A stretch of 64,000 nucleotides of DNA, taken from the NCBI GenBank assembly GCA_963666985.2, contig CAXXIA010000002.1:1728001-1792000 (forward strand), read 5' to 3'. Positions 51,469-60,656 of this stretch are shown in pieces. The first letter of the stretch is position 1. Every line of letters begins with the position of its first letter. The translations under genes and the position numbers were made by a program. Origin of the DNA: Spirochaetia bacterium. Lineage in GTDB: Bacteria > Spirochaetota > Spirochaetia > DSM-2461. The notes below the pieces were generated by a model. That model did not search any database. It saw only the letters and a program-made list of their open reading frames with translations, and had not been told where the DNA came from.

Positions 51469-52203
51469 GTGAAAAACAAAATCTTGATCGCTTCAATAAT
51501 AGCAGTTCTATGTTTCCCTTTTGTGATCTATCTAACTAGATTTCCTGGACTATACTCTGCTAACTCGGTGGAATGGGGAATCTTCGGAACGTTTATTGGT
51601 GGACTACTATCATCAATTTTCGCTGGTTTGAGTTTTATTGTAGTCTTACTTGTATATTGGCGCTCAAATGAGGATAGAAAGAATCGAGAGTCGCGCGAAA
51701 CAGTTCTTAAACTGCTGGAAGAGCTAAGTAATAGATATAAGAAAATTGTGATTAGAATTGAAGATACTGCTCAGATCGGAGAAATGGTATTTTCCTATTT
51801 TAATAGTAGTGCTTTTCAGCTTTATAAATTGTACCAAGACTATCTTAAAAACAAAGAAAATGAAAACCTTAAGGGACAGGTTAAGGCGCAAGCCTTACAG
51901 ATGGTCTTCTCAATCAATACAATACGCGAGTATCTACGATTTGTTGTTCTTACTTATCGATACATTGTGAATAAGTCAATTGAGAAAGAATTTCTTTCAA
52001 TACTATCAGCAAGACTTACAGAACAAGAGATGATAGCTCTTTCTATTTTGTTGTATGACGAAATTGAAGCTGATGACAATTTGTTTAGCTATTTAAAGAA
52101 TATGAAATACGGACCAATCGAAGGCTATGCTGCAATCGGAAGAAGTCTTACAGATGCCTTAAAGCTGAATTCTCCGGAACTACCATCAAATTTGAGTTTA
52201 TGA
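51469..52203 (+). CDS. Cassette 2: membrane protein resembling putative abortive-infection (putAbiC-like) proteins
   Basis: Two TMs with WGIFGTFIGG; C-terminal ILSARLTEQE; GTG start after AAGGAG. Confidence 0.55.
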   Translation: MKNKILIASIIAVLCFPFVIYLTRFPGLYSANSVEWGIFGTFIGGLLSSIFAGLSFIVVLLVYWRSNEDRKNRESRETVLKLLEELSNRYKKIVIRIEDTAQIGEMVFSYFNSSAFQLYKLYQDYLKNKENENLKGQVKAQALQMVFSINTIREYLRFVVLTYRYIVNKSIEKEFLSILSARLTEQEMIALSILLYDEIEADDNLFSYLKNMKYGPIEGYAAIGRSLTDALKLNSPELPSNLSL

Positions 52204-52268
52204 TTAGGAATTATTGATTTACATGGAGAAGCGAGAATAATTGCTGGTTAGAAATGAAACGATACTGC

Positions 52269-52476
52269 AATTAACAGCTGTTGATGCGCTCCGGCCGCTA
52301 AAAGTGTTTAGCGGCCTCCGGGGCTTCGCCCAAATTTGCCTCTGTCATAGATTTTGCGAATGTCTGGCACTGTGGTAAGATGAGTTGCGGTTAGCGGTTG
52401 AGGTTGTGAAGAATCGCAAAATCTCCGCCAGTCGCTACGCGAACGGCAAACTTCGCATACCAGCGGACCGTTATTT
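52269..52476 (+). repeat. attC-like site 2 (208 bp, type B)
   Basis: AATTAAC-AGCTGTTGATGCG...CGCATACCAGCGGACC-GTTATTT. Confidence 0.9.
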
Positions 52477-52530
52477 GCAAGAATGAATGACGATTTCTCC
52501 TCGCCCATCCATGGGCTCGGTGGTTAGAAG

Positions 52531-53760
52531 ATGTCAAAATATAAGAAACGAGACAAATACCAGCAGCTATATGAGTTTTTAAAAGCAAAAGAAAGCAGAT
52601 CCGAGTCATTCACTGTTGAAGAAATAATAACCGCGACAGGTTATCAAGAAGGATCCGTAAAGGCATATATTCGAAACAAGCTCAATAATGTTTATCTATT
52701 CTTAATAGATGATAGTCACTATCAAGTTTCAGGAATTGCATCAAAGACACCTGATGATTTTGAATCGATTATGTCGCAAAAAAGCGATTTGGTTGTGTCA
52801 GACTCAGAAAGCCTATTTACAAGCCTTAGGGATCGTAGTCTTCAAGCGTTTTATACTGCAATATCTGTATATAACAATCCCTTGCATGAATATAGGATAG
52901 AATCCTTTTGTATTCTTTTATCAAATGCATGGGAACTTTTACTCAAGGCTAGAATTGTTCAACTGGAAGGTGAAGATAAAATATACAAATCAAAAGGGAA
53001 GACAATTTCGTTAACAGAAGCCTATCGTAAAGTCTTTCCACGTTCATCTGATCCTATTCACAAAAACTTAGAAACACTTACCGAGATTCGAGATTCAGCA
53101 GTACATCTACTTATTCCGGATATTCAACATTCTTTATCTCGTATATTTCAAGCTAGCATTTTTAATTTTCTTTCAAAGGTAAGAGAATACAAATATCCAA
53201 ATAAGTACCATAGCGATTTACCAGGTCTCTTATCTTTTGTTACAGATAAACAAGACGTTCCTGAAAATGTAATACGTCTAAAGTATGGAACCTATGCAAG
53301 TGGACTAATAAAAGAATTTATTGAAAAGAATACCTCACGCGAATCCGAAGTTTCCGATATGCGTTATTCAATACCAATCGACTACAAGGTAGTTCTGACA
53401 AAAAGTGAAAAGGAAGGAGATTTATCTATCCGTATAGATAAGGATGGAGAACCCGCCATACTGGTAGAAAAACCCAAGGATGTTAATAAAACGCATCCCT
53501 ATCTTCAGAAAAATGTAATAGAAGCCGTGAATCAAGGTCTCGATGATGTCGGTCGGTCTCAATACCATCTCAACCGATATTCGTTTCGTGGAGCTCTCGA
53601 AGTTGAAAAAGTTAGGAGAACACAATCCAATAAATTCTATCATTTATTAGAAAATCCGGAAGTTCATAAGTACTCACAAGCATTTATAGATCTTCTTCTC
53701 CACAAACTTTCAAACAGTGATAGTTACCTACAGTTGTGTAAAAAAGCTTTGAAAAAATAG
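52531..53760 (+). CDS. Cassette 3: DUF3644-like (HEPN-type) protein
   Basis: AISVYNNP..RIESFCILLSNAWELLLKA; Rx4H motif RDSAVH. Confidence 0.75.
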   Translation: MSKYKKRDKYQQLYEFLKAKESRSESFTVEEIITATGYQEGSVKAYIRNKLNNVYLFLIDDSHYQVSGIASKTPDDFESIMSQKSDLVVSDSESLFTSLRDRSLQAFYTAISVYNNPLHEYRIESFCILLSNAWELLLKARIVQLEGEDKIYKSKGKTISLTEAYRKVFPRSSDPIHKNLETLTEIRDSAVHLLIPDIQHSLSRIFQASIFNFLSKVREYKYPNKYHSDLPGLLSFVTDKQDVPENVIRLKYGTYASGLIKEFIEKNTSRESEVSDMRYSIPIDYKVVLTKSEKEGDLSIRIDKDGEPAILVEKPKDVNKTHPYLQKNVIEAVNQGLDDVGRSQYHLNRYSFRGALEVEKVRRTQSNKFYHLLENPEVHKYSQAFIDLLLHKLSNSDSYLQLCKKALKK

Positions 53761-53821
53761 AAGTGGCCTGAAAGTACATCCTTGTACTTTCAGGGAGACT
53801 TATCCATCTCGTCATTCCTGC

Positions 53822-54039
53822 AAATAACAGCTGTTGATGCGCTTCGAATACATTTGCAGGCAAATGTATTCTCCGGGCCTTCGGCCAAATTTCGTTTTGG
53901 CATGGCATCTTGCAGATGCGTTTTCGAAAGTGATGTGATACAGTCAAAGGAGAACATGGCATTGCGTTAGAAGGGCAAGAGCGCATGCCAACCGGCTTCG
54001 CCGGACACGAAACGTTCGCATAACAGCGGGCCGTTTGGC
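53822..54039 (+). repeat. attC-like site 3 (218 bp, type A, variant first hairpin)
   Basis: AAATAAC-AGCTG...CGCATAACAGCGGGCC-GTTTGGC. Confidence 0.9.
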
Positions 54040-54096
54040 GAAATCTGTTTTAGAAAAATATTTTTTTGCCTCACCTTCCATGGTTCGGCTTTGTTC

Positions 54097-54381
54097 TCAC
54101 CTGTAGGCGCTACTTCGGGGTTCGAGAGAAATAATACTGACAATTCTAACGGCGTCATCGATTACATAGAAAAGTCTATAGTTACCAATTCGATACCGCC
54201 ACGTTTCTGGTTTCCAGTCTTTCAACTTTTTGATGTTTTTTCCGAAATAGGGGTTTTTGCGTAATTGGTCGTAGACCATGCCTGAAATCTTTCTGTATTG
54301 TGATGAACTTCCATTCATTCGTAGCTTTTTTAGATCTTTAAGAAATTGATCCGTTTCAAAAATTTTAAATCGTTCAGACAA
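54097..54381 (-). CDS. Cassette 4: RelE/ParE family toxin
   Basis: F.KDLKKL..NPY..KKLK..WRYRIGNYRLFY..R..AYR. Confidence 0.9.
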   Translation of the reverse strand: MSERFKIFETDQFLKDLKKLRMNGSSSQYRKISGMVYDQLRKNPYFGKNIKKLKDWKPETWRYRIGNYRLFYVIDDAVRIVSIISLEPRSSAYR

Positions 54382-54613
54382 ATCGACCTCTACCGTTCTT
54401 AGCGTCTTTGGTTCCCTGCTTCATTCGTTTTAAAAGGCTTTCATCAGAGAGGATGCTTTCCATTTCGAAATCGTCGGCATATTCAACCTCTTCGATGTAT
54501 CTCATTGTTGCAGTCTCGATAAAATTTGAAATCGAACGATTCTCAGCATCGGCATGGACTTTTAAGGAATCGTAGAGTTCTTCATCAATTCGTAGAGAAA
54601 CAGTTTTGGTCAT
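54374..54613 (-). CDS. Cassette 4: ribbon-helix-helix antitoxin
   Basis: KTVSLRIDEE..NRSISNFI; acidic; overlaps the toxin start. Confidence 0.85.
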   Translation of the reverse strand: MTKTVSLRIDEELYDSLKVHADAENRSISNFIETATMRYIEEVEYADDFEMESILSDESLLKRMKQGTKDAKNGRGRFV

Positions 54614-54627
54614 ATCATTATCCCCTC

Positions 54628-54684
54628 TATGAATACATTGTATTCATATGTGTTTAAATTAGTTCATAGCGTTATTGAAGTCAA
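54628..54684 (-). promoter_or_regulatory. TA promoter (TTGACT-17-TAATTT) and operator palindrome
   Basis: -35 at 54679-54684; perfect IR TATGAATACA-T-TGTATTCATA at 54628-54648. Confidence 0.7.
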
Positions 54685-54755
54685 TAGGGCGATTTTAGAG
54701 GTCTCCCAAGTACATCCTTGTACTTGGAAGAGTGGTAAAACACCAAACAGACTTC

Positions 54756-55027
54756 GCCAAACAGCTGTTGATGCGCGGCGGCCGCTAATGGGATTAGCGG
54801 CCTTGGGCCGAGCGATGGAAAACCAAGAGCTTTTAAATTTCTGTTGAAGGGAAAAATCAAATTGGTTCGGCTCGGCCAAATTTCGCTTTGGCCATGGTTC
54901 TTGCAGATGCGTTTCTAAAAGTGGTGTGATAAGCTGAAGAGCGAACGGGCTTTCTGTTAAAGTGCAAGAACGCATGCCAACCGGCTTCGCCGGACGCGAA
55001 ACTTCGCATACCAGCGGAACGTTTAAC
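54756..55027 (+). repeat. attC-like site 4 (272 bp, type A with expanded second arm)
   Basis: GCCAAAC-AGCTG...CGCATACCAGCGGAAC-GTTTAAC. Confidence 0.88.
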
Positions 55028-55155
55028 GAAAAAATCAGAAGGCCTTTTCCATGCCGCCTTTCTTGGTGCCATGAATAGGAATATTCAATTTCCTAAAAGA
55101 ATTAATGGTAATAATGTATAGTTAGTAATCCTGTAGTGATAACGAAGAGTAGAAA

Positions 55156-55860
55156 ATGGAAAACATAATCAAAATACTCGGTGAGCATCCAACTGCTGTT
55201 ATTGCAGATGCTGCTTTTAAGATTGGAGCAACAGTTCGTCTTCTTCCTTCAAATCTATACTCTCTTAAGCCAGATGCACGATTAATCGGTAAAGTTACAA
55301 CCGTTAAATGCAATAACGATTTGGTCTCTATTCTCGAGGGGCTTATGCGTGCAGAGAGTGGAGATGTTTTACTAATCGACAATAATGGTTTCTCAGGGGC
55401 AGGTTGTATCGGAGATGTCATCGTTTCGGAAGCTGTTCGTAAGAAAATCTCTGGGATTGTTGTCTATGGATCCATTAGAGATAGCCAGCAAATCTCTACG
55501 ATGGAAATTTCTGTGTTCTGTACTGGAAAATGTTCTGTTGGGCCATTGAAGCTACCTGGGCAGCAGTCGAAAAATGGTCTTGTTAACGTAGTCTTGGAAA
55601 TAGAGGGAACTTCTATAAAACCTGGAGATATTCTTATTGGCGATGTTGATGGTGTAATTGTTGTAGAAACCGATCGCCTTGATGAAATTATTAGCAAAGC
55701 AGAAGAAATTGAACATAAAGAAGAGACTTTAATGAAAAGAATCGAGTCAGGAGAAAGTCTTACAGACATATTTGGGGTTAAGAAGTTCTTAGAGAAAAGA
55801 GAAGGGGATCCAGAGTATTTATTCAATTCTCATTTGGCAGAACAGAATGAAACGATTTGA
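55156..55860 (+). CDS. Cassette 5: RraA family/HMG aldolase-like protein
   Basis: T..IADA, GDVLLID, GCIGD, GSIRDS, PGDILIGDVDGVIVV. Confidence 0.88.
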   Translation: MENIIKILGEHPTAVIADAAFKIGATVRLLPSNLYSLKPDARLIGKVTTVKCNNDLVSILEGLMRAESGDVLLIDNNGFSGAGCIGDVIVSEAVRKKISGIVVYGSIRDSQQISTMEISVFCTGKCSVGPLKLPGQQSKNGLVNVVLEIEGTSIKPGDILIGDVDGVIVVETDRLDEIISKAEEIEHKEETLMKRIESGESLTDIFGVKKFLEKREGDPEYLFNSHLAEQNETI

Positions 55861-55931
55861 TTCAGTGAAAGGTGAGCCAATAAGTGATTAGATAGAGGTA
55901 TTTTCTATTTGGCATTTTTAGGGATTTCTTC

Positions 55932-56208
55932 GTTAAACAGCTGTTGATGCGCGTCGGCCGCTAAAGGTGTTTAGCGGCCTTGGGCCGAGCGATGGGTATT
56001 GGTTAAGTTTTATTATTTTTGAAGAAGAAGAGAAAATCAGATTGAATCGGCTCGGCCAAATTTCGCTTTGTCATGGCTCTTGCAGATGCGTTTCCGAAAG
56101 TGATGTGATACCATCAAAGGCGAACAATGAATTGCTGTAGAAGAGCAAGAGCGCATGCCAACCGGCTTCGCCGGCCGCGAAACTTCGCATACCAGCGGGC
56201 CGTTAAAG
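55932..56208 (+). repeat. attC-like site 5 (277 bp, type A with expanded second arm)
   Basis: GTTAAAC-AGCTG...CGCATACCAGCGGGCC-GTTAAAG. Confidence 0.88.
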
Positions 56209-57047
56209 GAAATTCGGACGACGGAATAAAAAAGGTCTCTTTTTTGAGGGTTTTTTTCTGTGGCAGCCTCATTCCCTTCATTTGAACAAGTAACAAAAAC
56301 AGAATCCCTTTGAGTGTTCAGATTTTTTTAACAGGCCTTCCTTCTCTTTGAACGAAACAGGTCGTTTTCATACGGCTTTCTCCTCACCCCCCTCGCCTTT
56401 GAGATCATCTTCAAGAAAGAAACCAAAAGCATCGGAATAAAACTCGCTTCGGGATCAGAAGCACTTAGTGATAAGGCGGTCGGTTCGGGAGAACTTGTGT
56501 CGTGAAGGTTTATGGTTTTTAACGATTATGGGAATCGCTCATGAGAAAATCCTTATCCGTTGATGGCTATCGCTTCGGGAAATGAGGCGCTTCCGGTTTG
56601 ATCGGTTCGCGAGAAAAGGGGTGGTAGCCTGAGAAGAATGAAGGGATGGAGATGAGAAGAATGGAGATTGTTTTCTCCGTAGTTTTGCCTTTGAGAATAA
56701 GGCTGAATGCTTTAAGAGAATACCGGTGTAGAAGGAGAAGACGAACATTCGGATTTACAGAATCCGTCCTGAGAGAAAGAGGTCGGGAAAGGCGAATTGC
56801 ATCGGATGAAGGCCTGAGTAAAGTGATGAGGCGATGAAAGGGAGAATAGGGGTCAGTACGAGAGAATGGATAGAAATTCCGTTAAATGAGTAAAAAGCGG
56901 AAGAGGGAAGTCTGTAAAAGGATGAATGAAGAAAAGATGAGAAGGAGAAGGGCAAGAAGAATCGAAACAAAGGGTCCGGCAAAACGGCGAGGAGGGGTGA
57001 GGAGAAGGAGAGGTCTTTATAGATGCGTCGTCCGAACTTCCTTTAAC
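56202..57047. other. Cassette 6: apparently non-coding cassette
   Basis: Ends are complementary over 21/22 nt; only unconvincing ORFs of 75 aa or less. Confidence 0.7.
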
Positions 57048-57248
57048 AGCTGTTGATGCGCTTCGGCCGCTAAAGGTGTTTAGCGGCCTGCGGGGCTTCG
57101 CCCAAATTTGCCTCTGTCATAGATTTTGCTTAAGTCTGTCGCTATGGTAAGATGAGTTGTAGTTAGCGGTTGATGTTGTGAAGATTCGCAAAATCTCCGC
57201 CAGTCGCTACGCGAACGGCAAACTTCGCATACCAGCGGGCCGTTATGT
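57041..57248 (+). repeat. attC-like site 6 (208 bp, type B)
   Basis: CTTTAAC-AGCTG...CGCATACCAGCGGGCC-GTTATGT. Confidence 0.9.
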
Positions 57249-57298
57249 GCTTTTTCGTTTTTCCAGTTAATAACATTAATTGCCATAAGGAGGGAGAA

Positions 57299-57751
57299 AT
57301 GGGCATCAATTATCAATTAAAAGCAGAAAAAGGCAAAATCGAAGATGAATTAAATTCCGCAATTAACAGGCTTATTTCTGGCTGCGAAAAGCTTGATATG
57401 GCTTTAGCTTTCGAAATCTTCTCAGATTCATCTGAGTTCTTGATGATGGGAACGGATGGAAGCCTTTGTGATTATCAGACTTACTTGAAAAACAATATCG
57501 ACTATTTATCCGGTTGTGAAAGTTTTAAGTTGATAACGTTTGATCGAAAAATACGAATCATAAACAGTGAGGTAGCCATCTTTTCATGGGCTTATGGGGT
57601 TGAGGCAAAATTAAGAACGGGAGATATTGATATTATTGATAATGCAGGAGCTTCTTTTGTCTTCCGAAAAATAGAGAATACATGGAAGGTTGTATATTAT
57701 CATGAGTCATCAGTACCTCCGAAAAGAAACTCTCCACCAAGAGAATCATGA
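57299..57751 (+). CDS. Cassette 7a: NTF2/SnoaL-like protein
   Basis: C-terminal SFVFRK..WKVVYYHES; SD GGAGG before ATG 57299. Confidence 0.75.
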   Translation: MGINYQLKAEKGKIEDELNSAINRLISGCEKLDMALAFEIFSDSSEFLMMGTDGSLCDYQTYLKNNIDYLSGCESFKLITFDRKIRIINSEVAIFSWAYGVEAKLRTGDIDIIDNAGASFVFRKIENTWKVVYYHESSVPPKRNSPPRES

Positions 57752-57845
57752 CGATTGAAATCCAAGTGTAAATAAGGGATTACACAGAACGTCGCGCAAG
57801 TATCGCTTTCTGTTGCTGTTTATAGTTATGTCGGAATCAGAATAT

Positions 57846-58334
57846 ATGGAAAATAAAATAGTAATAGATAAAAAAATCCAGCCGGGCGATTTGGGCTCTA
57901 TAGTGGAATTGCATGGCAAATATTACAGCAAGCATTTTGGCTATAACATAACCTTTGAACCATATGTTGCTTTACCTCTTGCGAAGTTTATACTTCGGGC
58001 CAGTGAGAATGAACAGATTTGGATAGTTCGACAAAACGGAATCGTTCGGGGGAGTATCGCTATTGCGAAGAAGAAAGCAAAAACTGCGCAGTTGAGATGG
58101 TTTATCCTTGATGGAAGTCTCCAAGGAAAAGGCATTGGAAATCAACTAATGAGATTCTCTATTGATTTTGCAAGAGAAAAAGGATTTTACAAGCTGATTC
58201 TCTGGACGGTAAGGGATCTAAAAAGTGCGATTCATCTGTACGAAAAGAATCTTTTTTTGCTTAAGAAAGAAGTTTCCCACAAGATTTGGGGGGTGGAATT
58301 GACGGAACAACTCTATGAATTGAAGTTGAAATAG
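57846..58334 (+). CDS. Cassette 7b: GNAT acetyltransferase
   Basis: AQLRWF..QGKGIG, LWTV..AIHLYEK. Confidence 0.88.
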   Translation: MENKIVIDKKIQPGDLGSIVELHGKYYSKHFGYNITFEPYVALPLAKFILRASENEQIWIVRQNGIVRGSIAIAKKKAKTAQLRWFILDGSLQGKGIGNQLMRFSIDFAREKGFYKLILWTVRDLKSAIHLYEKNLFLLKKEVSHKIWGVELTEQLYELKLK

Positions 58335-58400
58335 GGTTAATTCCGAATACTCTGTTTAAGAAGATGAACTCTCAATAAAGATAGATATGAGGGAAAAAGC

Positions 58401-58609
58401 ACATAACAGCTGTTGATGCGCTCCGGCCGCTAAATAGTGTTTAGCGGCCTTCGGGGCTTCGCCCAAATTTGCCTCTGTCACAGATTTTGCGAATGTCTGG
58501 TGTTGTGGTAAGATGATTTGCAGTTGACGGTTAATGTTGTGAAGAATCGCAAAATCTCTGCCAGTCGCTGCGCGAACGGCAAACTTCGCATACCAGCGGG
58601 CCGTTAAGT
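58401..58609 (+). repeat. attC-like site 7 (209 bp, type B)
   Basis: ACATAAC-AGCTG...CGCATACCAGCGGGCC-GTTAAGT. Confidence 0.9.
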
Positions 58610-58841
58610 GTATTATTGGAGGCATTTTGAAGAAATTATGGATTCTGTTTCTTTTTCCATTTCTTCTGGGATGTGTGACTCGTGCAGATGAAAAGTATAA
58701 AGGAACTATCTACGATCCTGGTATTGAGGAACCCATATCGTTGCATCCCTTTTACTTCTCACATGCACTTGCAGAGGCAATTTGGAATTCCCAGCTTTTG
58801 ATAGACACTGCTAAACTCAAAATGAGGAAGGAGTGTACATC

Positions 58842-59129
58842 ATGGGAAGTCCGCGATATTCGGACGAATTCAAGGCAGAAGCAGTCGGCCAGGTTGTTGA
58901 GCGGGGCTACTCCATCAAGGAAGTCTCTGAGCGTATAGGAGTCTCAACCCATAGCCTCTATAAGTGGCTGAAGGCCGATTCTCGAAATCCAAAAGCACCA
59001 GAATCGGCAAAAGCAAATAAGGAGCTTGAAGTCGAGAATGCCAGGCTGAAAGCAGAGCTGCGGCGGGTGCAGGAAGAGCGAGATATCTTAAAAAAAGCCG
59101 CGGCATACTTCGCGAGTCAGTCCGAGTAA
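58842..59129 (+). CDS. IS3-family transposase OrfA
   Basis: RYSDEFKAEAV..HTH..EERDILKKAAAYFA. Confidence 0.92.
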   Translation: MGSPRYSDEFKAEAVGQVVERGYSIKEVSERIGVSTHSLYKWLKADSRNPKAPESAKANKELEVENARLKAELRRVQEERDILKKAAAYFASQSE

Positions 59130-59167
59130 GATATGCCTTCATCAAAAACTACAGGGCTGAATTCAGA

Positions 59168-59986
59168 GTGAAGACTATGTGCCGGGTTCTCGATGTCAAT
59201 CGAAGCGGATTCTATGCATGGTTGAGAAAACCTCAATCAGAGAGAAAGATTGAAGACATTCGGTTGTTGAAGAAGATTCGCCACTTCTACGAAGAAAGCG
59301 ATCAGGTCTACGGAAGTCCACGAATCCATGAGGATTTGATGGAAGACGGAGAATCCTGCAGCGTCCATCGAGTAGCCAGAATCATGCGAGAGCATGGTAT
59401 CAGGGCGATGGTCGGCTTCAAGATGCGTCGATTCAAGTATGGAAAACCGTCCCAGGCTGCCCCGAACCATCTCCAGCAGGACTTTAATGTAGAAGAACCC
59501 GATACTGCGTGGACAACGGATATTACCTATATTCGAACTCATGAAGGTTGGCTGTATCTCGCAGTTGTCATGGATCTTTATTCCAGGAGAATCATCGGCT
59601 GGTCCATGCAGAACACGCTTCATCGTGATCTGGTTATCCAGGCCTTACTGACAGCTGTTTGGAAGAGACGCCCGAAAAACAAAGTCCTTATCCATTCCGA
59701 TCAGGGCGGCCAATTTGACAGCGGTGACTGGATTAGATTCTGTCGTGACAACGGACTGAAGAGAAGTATGAGCCGTCGTGGAAACTGCTGGGACAATGCA
59801 GCCATGGAATCATTCTTTGGTAGTTTGAAGAAGGAACGGATTCGCCGGAAGACATATCGAACAAGGGATGAAGCACGGTCTGATGTGTTCGATTATATTG
59901 AAGCATTTTACAACCGGAAGCGTCGCCACAAGCATCTTGGCGGGATCTCTCCGGTTGAATTTGAAAAGGGTTCTATTGCAAGCTAG
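59168..59986 (+). CDS. IS3-family transposase OrfB (DDE)
   Basis: YGSPRI, WTTDITYI, HSDQG, DNAAMESFF. Confidence 0.94.
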   Translation: MKTMCRVLDVNRSGFYAWLRKPQSERKIEDIRLLKKIRHFYEESDQVYGSPRIHEDLMEDGESCSVHRVARIMREHGIRAMVGFKMRRFKYGKPSQAAPNHLQQDFNVEEPDTAWTTDITYIRTHEGWLYLAVVMDLYSRRIIGWSMQNTLHRDLVIQALLTAVWKRRPKNKVLIHSDQGGQFDSGDWIRFCRDNGLKRSMSRRGNCWDNAAMESFFGSLKKERIRRKTYRTRDEARSDVFDYIEAFYNRKRRHKHLGGISPVEFEKGSIAS

Positions 59987-60335
59987 AGGTGTCTATAGAA
60001 GTCTGGGAATTCCAATTCATCTTAATTTCAATTTTCCAGATGCGTTTACTACGAAAGATATTGCTGAGTTGTATGGAAGACTCTACTATCACGCGCAGAA
60101 TGTTGAGGGTGTAACTATCCAAATAGATTCATACCCAGAAAAGCGAAGTCTTTTTATTAATATGAAACCAATTGTAATAGAAAACTATAGGCAATTTGGT
60201 AAAAGAGATAAGCTTGAATCACTTGGATACTTCTTTTGGTTCAATGTTGAGCAAGATCGCACACTAAAAGGAAAATATGTACCAGTGAACCACCCCGGCT
60301 TTACCGGAGGCACAATTACTTGAGAGGATTGTGTC

Positions 60336-60656
60336 ATGGGAAAGCAAACAAGGTACCCCAAGGAAGTCCGGGAACAATCTGTCCGGATGGTGTTTGAGAA
60401 GCAGAAGGACAGCGAATCTCAGTGGTCGGCGATTTGTTCAATATCCGCTAAGATCGGCTGTACACCCGAAACACTCCGGAAATGGGTTCGGCAGGCAGAA
60501 ATCGATGAAGGGCAGCGGGATGGTCTAACCAGTGAAGAGCGTAAGCGTCTTAAAGAGCTGGAAAAGGAGAATCGAGAACTTCGTACTGCCAACGAAATTC
60601 TTCGAAAGGCCTCAGCGTATTTTGCCCAGGCGGAGCTCGACCGCCGAAAGAACTGA
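60336..60656 (+). CDS. IS3-family transposase OrfA
   Basis: KIGCTPETLRKWVRQAE..ANEILRKASAYFAQAELDR. Confidence 0.93.
   Translation: MGKQTRYPKEVREQSVRMVFEKQKDSESQWSAICSISAKIGCTPETLRKWVRQAEIDEGQRDGLTSEERKRLKELEKENRELRTANEILRKASAYFAQAELDRRKN

Larger units (their letters stand above)
58783..60014 (+). mobile_element. IS3-family element (1232 bp)
   Basis: TG..CA ends, 26-bp IRs (22/26 match), ATT target duplication, A7G frameshift motif at 59090-59097. Confidence 0.95.

Noticed and set aside
59868..60323. ORFs 59868-60323, 58627-58938 and 61537-62064 as independent genes
   Set aside because: They are chimeras of IS ends and fragments of the single interrupted lipoprotein gene.
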